DNA from: Macrostomum lignano
Lineage: Eukaryota
Direction: 5' to 3'
NCBI GenBank assembly: GCA_002269645.1
Contig: NIVC01001275.1
Location: 62,001-126,000 of the forward strand
DNA: 64,000 nucleotides
Numbering within the stretch: the first letter of the stretch is position 1; the number at the start of each line of letters is the position of its first letter. This document shows, in pieces, positions 1 through 21,599 of the stretch. Both the position numbers and the translations under genes were made by a program. Under the pieces are notes generated by a model. That model was not told the DNA's origin. It saw only the letters and a program-made list of their open reading frames with translations, and did not search any database.

Positions 1-1125
1 ACTATATACGTACTGTATATTTAATGCCGTCCGCTTGTAAAAACCAATAAACTTAACAAATACGTTCGTACAAGCAACACACGCTCCATTAGGTTGTGCG
101 TTCCATACATGTAAAATTACTGCAACGAACCTATATAGACCCATGAACTCGCTTTGCAGGCTTCTATAAAGGTACAGCAGTCCCCGTTAAGCCGCTCAGA
201 ACTTGCTCAGGCGAAAAATGTTCTTATTATAGCGCTCGTGATTGCGTCATGCTTGACTGCTTGCGAGTTTCTCCATTAGGACACGAAGCTGTAAAACTGA
301 TTGATATGCTCTCCCATATTCCTCCGATCAGCAGGGCGTCGTCTGAACGCTTTTTCTGAGGCCGTACAATGCCTTTCACATTTATTTAGCTATATATAGT
401 CACGAACAACAAAACAGCCATGAAAAGGTCGGGCTTCACACGATGTTAAGAATTTTTTCTCAAAGATTTCCATTGCCTGCATGTACCAGCGTATATGCAA
501 ATATTAATTACGGATGAAACAATTAAAATATTGTTTGCAATTGGGAAAGATGATGTAAGGAGCTATTACAACAATAGGTTAGCAGACTGTCACAGCTGCT
601 ATTGACAATGTCGGCTAAAATGTATTCGACACACACACGCAGCGCAGGGACTGTTGAAACAAATACACTACGGTATTGAATGCTTTAAAAAATAGAATGA
701 TGGCTGATTCACTCTCAGGCATCGGGTTGGATGACAGCTCACGCGCGCGAAAAAAGCTGACTAACAAAAATTCGACTGCGCGGCGAGTATTTTGCTGAAA
801 AGACACAGCTGCCACGTGGGTGGCACGTGACTGTACAACTGGTGACTTTGACTCGTATCCATAGCGACAGGGGTTAGCAGTGTGACACAGGACGCACAAT
901 ACGAGAGTACGATCGACAACAAATACATGTGCGCTGGGTTACGAGCATCAGTTTTGCTCAATTTCGAGCATTGCAAGCTCCAGCTGGCTAATAGAGGCTC
1001 AACTGCAGGCTCTTGATGACAACCTCCGGATTGAAGCGTGAACAATTATAGAGCTCGAAAAACTGCAGTTCGGAGACAAGTCTCACGGTCTAGTGAGCTC
1101 AGATTCTTTGCTATTCGGCGTCATT

Positions 1126-11009
<9,884 letters not shown>

Positions 11010-11889
11010 TTCTTGTCAAGGATTCCACAGATTCATCGCCCTCTCACCTGTCCAGTGCAGCCAATCCAAGTGCTTCCTTCTCTTCGTTACCTTCTACTGT
11101 CTCGGCCTTCTTTTCCTATCCGCTCCAGGCGTGCTGAGCCGGCCTGAATTGGTGGCAGCCCAAAGAAGAAGCAGAAAGCAGAAATTAAATGCAGCAGCGG
11201 CTCTGCCAGCGCCTGATTGGCTGCGAGCGAATTGAACCCAACCTCAACCCGATGCACTTCGTTCAGTCATTGAATTATTCATTTCTCCACCTTTGCCTTC
11301 TCTCTCTCTCCCTCTCTTCTAAGCCCAGCCGACTTTCCAGAATGCATCGTAGCGACCAGGCAGGTGGGCTTGCACAGGCCGTATCCTGATGATTTCTGAA
11401 GGTTCTGAGTAAACTTTTATAGCAAATTTGAGATTCCACTTTCAAATCCGTGATTTGAAATCAACCAGTTTTTGTCTGGATAAATACAGATAAATTCAGC
11501 AGTTGAATTTCCACTCCAGTTGTGCCAATTAAAGGAATATCAATGGCAATTTCTCAAGCACGTATTCACGCCTCTCCTGGCCAGGTGTTGAGAGTCTTCC
11601 AGCCTATTTCTGTCCGCAACCTGCACCTTCCACTCAATTCTGATTCTCTACTCTTCCTGCCCGATTTCTCCTACTGCAGCCCCCGATTCATCCTGGCTCA
11701 GAGCGCGGCATCAGGCTGTGCTTGTGAGCTGAGCCGTTAGAGTGCGCCAGGCAAAGTCGCGTGACTTTGCGGAAGTTTTTATGCGTTCTGAAACTTGCTT
11801 AGCACTCAATTCTAGTGAAATACGAGTAGTTTTCCTTATAGTGTCTACTACTTACAGTTACCTGTATATAGGACACCCCTACTGTATCC

Positions 11890-12835
11890 GCTTGCAGGAC
11901 ACTCAAGACCGATTGCAGGACACTCAAGACCGATTGCAGGACACTCAAAACCGATTGCAGGACACTCAAGACCGATTGCAGGACACTCAAGACCGCTTGC
12001 AGGACACTCAAGACCGATTGCAGGACACTCAAGACCGATTGCAGGACACCCATGCTGTATCAGATTGCAGGACACTCAAGACCGATTGCAGGACACTCAA
12101 GACCGATTGCAGGACACTCAAAACCGATTGCAGGACACTCAAGACCGATTGCAAGACACTCAAGACCGATTGCAGGACACTCAAGACCGATTGCAGGACA
12201 CTCAAGACCGATTGCAGGACACCCATGCTGTATCAGATTGCAGGACACTCAAGACCGATTGCAGGACACTCAAGACCGATTGCAGGACACTCAAGACCGA
12301 TTGCAGGACACTCAAGACCGATTGCAGGACACCCATGCTGTATCAGATTGCAGGAAACTCAAGACCGATTGCAGGACACTCAAGACCGATTGCAGGACAC
12401 TCAAGACCGATTGCAGGACACTCAAGACCGATTGCAGGACACTCAAGACCGATTGCAGGACACTCAAGACCGATTGCAGGACACTCAAGACCGATTGCAG
12501 GACACTCAAGACCGATTGCAGGACACTCAAGACCGATTGCAGGACACTCAAGACCGATTGAAGGACACCCATGCTGTATCAGATTGCAGGACACTCAAGA
12601 CCGATTGCAGGACACTCAAGACCGATTGCAGGACACTCAAGACCGATTGCAGGACACTCAAGACCGATTGCAGGACACCCATGCTGTATCAGATTGCAGG
12701 ACACCCATGCTGTATCAGATTGCAGGACACTCAAGACCGATTGCAGGACACTCAAGACCGATTGCAGGACACTCAAGACCGATTGCAGGACACTCAAGAC
12801 CGATTGCAGGACACTCAAGACCGATTGCAAGACAC
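11890..12835. repeat. 21-bp minisatellite (CCGATTGCAGGACACTCAAGA) with recurrent CCATGCTGTATCAG interruptions
   Basis: Read directly; five or six interruption units. Confidence 0.95.
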
Positions 12836-13429
12836 AGTGACACACTTCCATTTTATACATGTAAAGACCACATTATACAGTAGATAAAATGACATTCCTC
12901 CTTTGGCATGCTTCTTTAGGATCTTCGCGGGCCCACAGTAGTGGTAGTGTAAACACTCAAGTAAGCTCGTGGTTTATGATTGGCTTTTACAACCGCTACA
13001 CAATGCACTTCCCTAGCCCGCGATGCGCCACAAATCCCTTTGCGAAAGTTTCCCAATTAGTTTGGGAACCGAATGGGCCATAATTTGATTTCTAAGCATT
13101 AGTGTTCCCATCTACGCTTTATAGGTTGGGAAGTGCGGAAGTCAGGGAGCACTGCGAGCTGCGGTCAGAGATAAGACAACTGGGATAAAAGCATGCAGAT
13201 CTGTTCATCAAATCCCAGCATATGCGAGGCTGTTGAGAAATTGTACTTTTATTAAGCAAGAGAAAGAGAAATAATACCGCTGCAAGACCAGCTCACTTTT
13301 CGGTAACGAGCGGGCACTAATTGCATTGATTTGACTCCACGGCTACTTTGGGAAGGCAGGATTTTTAATTCAAGCCTATCCTGACACACTTTCCTTGCTC
13401 CTCCTCAGCACCGCCTCGCTCTCTTCCCT

Positions 13430-14340
13430 GGAATTCCCCTCTATTCCCCTTATCTATATTACCCTTATCTCTATTACACTCATCTATATTGCACTCATCT
13501 TATATTAGCCTTATCTCTATTACACTCATCTCCATTCCCCTCATCTCTATTCCCCTCATTTATATTACCTTTATCTATATTACGTTCATCTATATTCCCT
13601 CCATCTCCATTCCCTTTATCTTTATTCCCCTCATCTCCATTCCCCTTATCTCCATTCCCTCCATCTCCATTCCCTTCATCTATATTGCCCTCATCTATAT
13701 TCCCCTCATCTCCATTCCCCTCATCTCTATTCCCTCCATCTCCATTCCCTTTATCTTTATTCCCCTCATCTCCATTCCCCTCATCTCCATTCCCTTCATC
13801 TCTATTCCCCTCATCTCCATTCCCCTCATCTCCATTCCCTTCATCTCTATTCCCCTCATCTCTATTCCCCTCATCTCCATTCCCCTCATCTCCATTCCCT
13901 TCATCTCTATTCCCCTCATCTCTATACCCCTCATCTCTATTCCCCTCATCTCTATTCCCCTCATCTCTATTCCCCTCATTTATATTACCTTTATCTATAT
14001 TACGTTCATCTATATTCCAATCATCTCCATTCCCCCCATCTCCATTCCCCCCATCTCTATTCCCCTCATCTCCATTCCCTCCATCTCCATTCCCTTCATC
14101 TCTATTCCCCTCATCTCCATTCCCTCCATCTCCATTCCCTTCATCTCCATTCCCCTCATCCCAATTCCTCTCGTCTTCATTCTCATTATCTCTATTCCCC
14201 TCATCCCAATTCCCCTCATCTCCATTCTCCTCATTCCAATTCCTCTCGTCTTCATTCTCATTATCTCTATTCCCCTCATCTCTATTCCCTTCATCTCTGT
14301 TCCCATCTCTGTTCCCTTCATCTCCACTCCCTTCATATCT
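13430..14340. repeat. 15-bp pyrimidine-rich minisatellite (TCTCYATTCCCCTCA)
   Basis: Degenerate tandem array. Confidence 0.9.
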
Positions 14341-14919
14341 ATTCTAAAAAATTGAAGTTTTGATGTCTGTGTGACAAATGAAAGTCAAGAAGTAATTGCA
14401 GATCCTTGTGGAGATGAAAAATGAAAAATAATACTAATTTACAAAACAGGTATTTTTTAGCTCAGACCAGATACCTGGTTAGCTAAGCATGCACCCTCAT
14501 TAAGCAAAGCTAAACTGTTCACCTTCTCGATTGACTTTTTATACCTATGTTTGCTCAAGTAGCAAAAAGAGCGAAAAAACATCACATGATGTCATGTACT
14601 ATTGCTCAAGAAATCCTGTCACTGGGTATCATCTTGGAGACCAGACTGCCTAGACCTGGCTAATCTCTATCATTACTGGGACTGACAAAGTCAATACAAG
14701 AATATTAATTAGGCCATGCGCAATAGATCCTTTCTTAGAAATCAGGTCTAGTCCTAACATCAAGTAAGGTTTTTGACAGGTGTCTCATATTTACAGCAAT
14801 GATCGCTATTCAATGGATTGTGCTCGTATTTTTGTTGCGAGACTTCTAAATTCCAAGTTCGAACAGGGACTCTAAGATCTCATGGCTTCTGTCCCAAAGC
14901 GTTTGGTAGCATGACTTCT

Positions 14920-15520
14920 AATCTCTCACGATGTCTAATCTTATGATTTCTAATCTCACGATTCCTAACCGCACGATTTCCAATCTCACGATTTCTAATC
15001 TCATGATTTCCAATCTTCCGATTTCTAATCTCATGATTTCCAATATCACGATTTCTAATCTCACGATTTCTCATCTTCCGATTTCAAACTTCCGACTTCA
15101 AATCTCCCGATTTCTAATTCCACGATTTGTAATCTTCCGATTTCTCATCTTCTAATTTTAAATCTCAAGATTTCTATTCTCACGATTTCTAATCTCACGA
15201 TTTCTAATCTCACGATTTCTAATCTCACGATTTCTAATCTCACGATTTCTAATCTCACGATTTCTAATCTCACGATTTCTAATCTCACGATTTCTAATCT
15301 CACGATTTCTAATCTCACGATTTCTAATCTCACGATTTCTAATCTCACGATTTCTAATCTCACGATTTCTAATCTCATGATTTCTAATCTCACGATTTCT
15401 AATCTCACGATTTCTAATCTCACGATTTCTAATCTCACGATTTCTAATCTCACGATTTCTAATCTCACGATTTCTAATCTCATGATTTCTAATCTCATGA
15501 TTTCTAATCTCATGATTTTA
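14920..15520. repeat. 15-bp minisatellite (CTAATCTCACGATTT)
   Basis: Homogeneous core at 15180-15510 with a degenerate 5' part. Confidence 0.93.
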
Positions 15521-15904
15521 AGTTTCGTAGACTTTTTCACAATGAATTTATTGCACAATCAAATATCTTATTTCAAACCTTAATATTCATCTCGCTACTA
15601 AAATTAGTAGTGTCATGAGGAGAGCGCCGGTGTGCGCAATAAAACTAAAGATTTGAGGCTTCTGCGACACGACGCTTCGGAATTTTTTCTCTTGTTTGCC
15701 AGGAATCTGCGACGCAAGCGTGTAAAGTCAGAGTGTGCGCAAAAATTCTTATTGAAGTCTGCAATCGGATTAAGGAGGCGCTTTGAAGGACCCAGCGCAC
15801 TGGCCTGGCTAATCCCATGTTAATCTGTTTTGAAAGCCGTCTGCTTGAGCCGATTTCCTCCCAAACAGAGCATTTTCTTTGGTGCTCTTTTCACTGCCTG
15901 CCTG

Positions 15905-16585
15905 CCCGTCACTCTACTTATCTGCCTGTCACTCTACTTATTTACCTTTCACTCTACTTATCTACCTTTCACTCTACTTATCTACCTTTCACTCTACTTA
16001 TCTACCTTTCACTCTACTTATCTACCTTTCACTCTAATTATCTGCCTGTCACTCTACTTATTTACCTTTCACTCTACTTATCTACCTTTCACTCTACTTA
16101 TCTACCTTTCACTCTACTTATTTACCTTTCACTCTACTTATCTACCTTTCACTCTACTTATCTACCTGTCACTCTACTTATCTACCTCTCACTCTACTTC
16201 TCTACCTTTCACTCTACTTCTCTACCTTTCACTCTACTTATCTACCTTTCACTCTACTTATCTACCTTTCACTCTACTTCTCTACCTTTCACTCTACTTA
16301 TCTACCTTTCACTCTACTTATCTACCTTTCACTCTACTTATCTACCTTTCACTCTACTTATCTACCTTTCACTCTACTTATTTACCTTTCACTCTACTTA
16401 TCTACCTTTCACTCTACTTATCTACCTGTCACTCTACTTATCTACCTCTCACTCTACTTATCTACCTTTCACTCTACTTCTCTACCTTTCACTCTACTTA
16501 TCTACCTTTCACTCTACTTATCTACCTTTCACTCTACTTATCTACCTTTCACTCTACTTATCTACCTTTCACTCTACTTATCTGC
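15905..16585. repeat. 20-bp minisatellite (ACTCTACTTATCTACCTTTC)
   Basis: About 34 units. Confidence 0.95.
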
Positions 16586-17139
16586 CTGCCAAAGAATAAA
16601 GGGAAAAATAGAGGGAGAAATAGAGGGAGAGAATAGAGTGTCAGAATAGAGGGAGAGAGGAGACAGGGAGTTGAAGAGATGAGCAAAGTGTGTACTTACG
16701 GTTAGACACCGTTCATTGTCCATTGAATCAAGGTTGTTTGCCCCAAATTCTTGCCCGAGTTTGAAAGTTCAATAACCTAAATTTGTCACATCCAGTTCAC
16801 TGTTTGACGCATTCACGGGCCTTACAAACGCGTTTTTTTCAGTTTGAGATCCACAATGCGACAGGTACAGTGCCAGCCGTCTCGCCTGCGCTGCATGGCT
16901 TACCGTTCCGGAAATCCCGAGCTTCATTTAGGGGAGACTGGCGTTTCCGGAAACAAAGGGTTCTGGGGATGATTTTAGACAGTCTGATGACTGCTGCATG
17001 CTGTCATGCAGCTTTTCATCTCAGTCTGGTTTGACTGCTTCATCCTCTTATTGAGTTTTGCAGACTATTTTTAACCTGTCAGATGTCGTTGGCACTCAGT
17101 GGGGCGATCAAATCAGCTGGATTTCTATTTTCTATCGGG

Positions 17140-18929
17140 CTGGACTCCAAACTAACTACATTTACAGCAAGCTGGACTCCAAACTGACTACATTTACAGC
17201 AAGCTGGACTTCAAACTGACTACATTTACAGCAAGCTGGACTCCAAACTGACTACATTTACAGCAAGCTGGAATCCAAACTGACTACATTTACAGCAAGC
17301 TGGACTTCAAACTGACTACATTTACAGCAAGCTGGAATCCAAACTGACTACATTTACAGCAAGCTGGAATCCAAACTGACTACATTTACAGCAAGCTGGA
17401 ATCCAAACTTACTACATTTACAGCAAGCTGGAGTCCAAACTGACTACATTTACAGCAAGCTGGAATCCAAACTGACTACATTTACAGCAAGCTGGAATCC
17501 AAACTTACTACATTTACAGCAAGCTGGAATCCAAACTGACTACATTTACAGCAAGCTGGACTCCAAACTGACTACATTTACAGCAAGCTGGAGTTCAAAC
17601 TGACTACATTTACAGCAAGCTGGAGTTCAAACTGACTACATTTACAGCAAGCTGGAATCCAAACTGACTACATTTACAGCAAGCTGGAATCCAAACTGAC
17701 TACATTTACAGCAAGCTGGAATCCAAACTTACTACATTTACAGCAAGCTGGACTTCAAACTGACTACATTTACAGCAAGCTGGACTCCAAACTGACTACA
17801 TTTACAGCAAGCTGGACTTCAAACTGACTACATTTACAGCAAGCTGGACTTCAAACTGACTACATTTACAGCAAGCTGGAATCCAAACTGACTACATTTA
17901 CAGCAAGCTGGAATCCAAACTGACTACATTTACAGCAAGCTGGAATCCAAACTGACTACATTTACAGCAAGCTGGACTTCAAACTGACTACATTTACAGC
18001 AAGCTGGACTCCAAACTGACTACATTTACAGCAAGCTGGACTCCAAACTGACTACATTTACAGCAAGCTGGACTTCAAACTGACTACATTTACAGCAAGC
18101 TGGAATCCAAACTGACTACATTTACAGCAAGCTGGAATCCAAACTGACTACATTTACAGCAAGCTGGAATCCAAACTGACTACATTTACAGCAAGCTGGA
18201 GTCCAAACTGACTACATTTACAGCAAGCTGGAGTCCAAACTGACTACATTTACAGCAAGCTGGAATCCAAACTGACTACATTTACAGCAAGCTGGACTTC
18301 AAACTGACTACATTTACAGCAAGCTGGAATCCAAACTGACTACATTTACAGCAAGCTGGAATCCAAACTTACTACATTTACAGCAAGCTGGAATCCAAAC
18401 TGACTACATTTACAGCAAGCTGGAGTCCAAACTGACTACATTTACAGCAAGCTGGAATCCAAACTGACTACATTTACAGCAAGCTGGAATCCAAACTGAC
18501 TACATTTACAGCAAGCTGGACTCCAAACTGACTACATTTACAGCAAGCTGGAATCCAAACTGACTACATTTACAGCAAGCTGGACTTCAAACTGACTACA
18601 TTTACAGCAAGCTGGAATCCAAACTGACTACATTTACAGCAAGCTGGAATCCAAACTGACTACATTTACAGCAAGCTGGACTTCAAACTGACTACATTTA
18701 CAGCAAGCTGGACTCCAAACTGACTACATTTACAGCAAGCTGGACTCCAAACTGACTACATTTACAGCAAGCTGGAATCCAAACTGACTACATTTACAGC
18801 AAGCTGGAATCCAAACTGACTACATTTACAGCAAGCTGGAATCCAAACTGACTACATTTACAGCAAGCTGGAATCCAAACTGACTACATTTACAGCAAGC
18901 TGGAATCCAAACTGACTACATTTACAGCC
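17140..18929. repeat. 32-bp minisatellite (GCTGGAATCCAAACTGACTACATTTACAGCAA), ~56 copies
   Basis: Variation is almost confined to GGA[A/C/G]T[C/T]CAAAC. Confidence 0.97.
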
Positions 18930-19469
18930 TAAAAATAGAACGAAAGGCGCTGAGCATCGTGGAAGTTAAAGTTGAGACAAGAATGGAGCGGATTAGTTCT
19001 AATCGAGCCAGCTTATGTAGTTTCCTTCGCGACAAGTCCGTGACTATTCGAGTTTACGAATCTCTGGCCTGGGAAAGTACACTTTGAAGGCGTCAAAACT
19101 TACTTAGATCGGGACTGAGTTAAGGCGGCTCGAACCCATAATCCATTATTAATTACTCACAGCAGGCAGTGCGTTTAATCCGCAAAGCCTCTATAAAGCT
19201 CAAGCAATGAACTGTATCCGCATTAGCCTTTTCTCTAGATTTATAGTTCCAGCAGTGCTTTGCCGGGAGAAACTTTCTGACCTTGGAGAAAAAAAACTTT
19301 GAGGGTCGTGTTAAAAATCAGCAGCGGATGTCTCGTATTCGCGTATGACAAGCCGCGGCGCTGGTGGTGGTCATCTCACCCTGGTCTCATCCTAAAGCTG
19401 GGGTCGGCTAACTTGTTTACCTGACGGGCCAGATAGAGAACCCCTAAAGCATGACTGCGGTCCGGATTA

Positions 19470-20060
19470 GGGGAGAGAGGAGAGGGGATAGAGAAGAGAA
19501 AGAAGGGAGATAGGAGAAAGGAAAGATGAGAGAATAAAGAAAAGAGGAGACGAGAGGAGAGGACAGAGGGGAGAGGAGAGGAGAGAGGGGAGGAGAGAGA
19601 GGAGGAGAGAGGGAAGGAGAGAGGGGAGGAGAGATGGGAGGAGAGAGAGGAGGAGAGAGGGAGGAGAGAGGGAGGAGAGAGGGAAGGAGAGAGGGAGGAG
19701 AGGAGAGAGGGGAGGAGAGAGGGGAGGAGAGAGGGGAGGAGAGAGGGGAGGAGAGAGGGGAGGAGAGAGGGAGGAGAGAGGGGAGGAGAGAGGGGAGGAG
19801 AGAGGGGAGGAGAGAGGGGAGGAGAGAGGGGAGGAGAGAGGGGAGGAGAGAGGGAGAGAGGGAGGAGAGAGGGAGGAGAGAGGGGAGGAGAGAGGGGAGG
19901 AGAGAGGGGAGGAGAGAGGGGAGGAGAGAGGGGAGGAGAGAGGGGAGGAGAGAGGGGAGAGACAAGGCAGGAGAGAGGAGAGGAGAGGAGAGACGAGGCG
20001 GGAGAGAGGAGAGAGGAGAGGAGAGAGAGGAGAGACGAGGCGGGAGAGAGGAGAGCAGAG
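19470..20060. repeat. Polypurine ~12-bp repeat (GGGAGGAGAGAG)
   Basis: Almost pure G/A tract. Confidence 0.93.
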
Positions 20061-21599
20061 AGCGGACCTGAGTTTGCCGACCCTTGTCCTAAAGGCTCAC
20101 CTACAAACACGGAAGTCTCATCCATAAAAGCCAGTCGCATGGGGATACTTATTGCTTAGCCGAAACGCGGGTCCGTGGCGGATTCGGACAGAGAGCAGCG
20201 AAATGCTTGTTGTAGCAATAAATTAAAATCGGCAACGCCCTGTCTCTCGGCTTCCTGAAGTGAGGATCGGGAAGATAAAAAGCGGATTAGCCCCTGCACA
20301 GGGGGCAGCTGGGAGGGGAAGCCAACTGATGACGGAATAGTGCACCAACAGCTAATGACAGTCAGCAAAGTTTGCAACCAGTCCAGCCTGCACTGGATTT
20401 CAGCTGCCCTATCTAGTTCCCTCCGAATAGTGCTCCCACTGCTGGCATGGGCTGCTTTGTTTTGCTTTTTGTTCGAAAGAATCCTTCGATTCCGGTTCAA
20501 GTGATGGAAATTCGAAGACGGAAGATGTTTGATTGGTTTATTGTTCTGTGCTTTTCTGGCCGATTTTCATGCCCGAGCTCCAAATGAAAGTGGCTTGAAG
20601 CTCATAGAAGGCCTTGGAAAACTCGATGTACAGCAGGTCTCAGGCCGATTTTCATGCCCGAGCTCCAAATGAAAGTGGCGTGAAGCTCATAGAAGGCCTT
20701 GGAAATTGAAGAAAGTAACTTTTGGTTCAGCTTTGACTGAATTGCCTAATTCATTCAGTTTTTAATGCAGAGTTTCCGCGGCTTAGAGGTAGCCGTCTTC
20801 TTTTGGTGTCTTTAGGAGAATCCGAACCTCTTGGGGGTTATTGAATAGTCTCTTTGATGCTTAAGAGAACCACTTCTATAGGTTGAGAAACGTGGGGAAC
20901 ATTATCGAGAGTTTCAGATAGACCTGTTTACAGGCTTCACTCCGCTGGTTAGGGTTAGGGTTAGGGCTAGGTTAGTTTACCTTGGTGCCTTAATGAATTG
21001 GTGTCCTTTCGTATGTTTTCTGAGGCCAGTCTGTGGGACGATATGCCTGAAGCATGGAGAATTAAGCGCCAGTGGCACCAGCTCCCACTACAATTTCTGT
21101 AGGGACAATATAGCTTCGATATGTCACTTGGAGGGTCCTTCAATCGGAAGACAACCGTGTGCCACTGATTGGCGCTTGAAGTGCAAACGTGGGCGACAAA
21201 AACTGGGCAGCTTGAGCATCCTCTTTGTACCCCCTGTCTCAAAGGAGTTGTTAAGCAAGGAGCGAATTCCAAATGTGGAGGGCCTAAAGCTAATCAAGCT
21301 GATTGGGGGGCCCAGGTGGTGGCCTTTCTTTTCAAGTCTCCGTCGCAGCGGCCTCTGCTTCAGAAGTGCGTCTGCCTTGCCTCTTGTCCTCTCCTGGCAG
21401 AGCCGGTCATAGGCTGACTTGAACAGCCAACTGTGACAGAGAGGCGGCGGAACTTCGTGCCCGGCTTTAAAACTGTAGAGCTCGTGCCGAGGAATTGAGT
21501 AACTACAGCTGAGCTGAGCTGGAACTGGGCACTGATTTTGCTTTGGAAGCGAACCTAACCGAAAAAGTGTGTGAGAGACAGAGATAGCGTGACAAGGTG

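Noticed and set aside
11890-18929. CRISPR-like appearance of the regular arrays
   Set aside because: No unique spacers between repeats, no cas genes, and the context is eukaryotic.
20555-20705. Short tandem duplications (also 22775-22850 and 24095-24185)
   Set aside because: Two to three copies with no further structure; ordinary slippage products.
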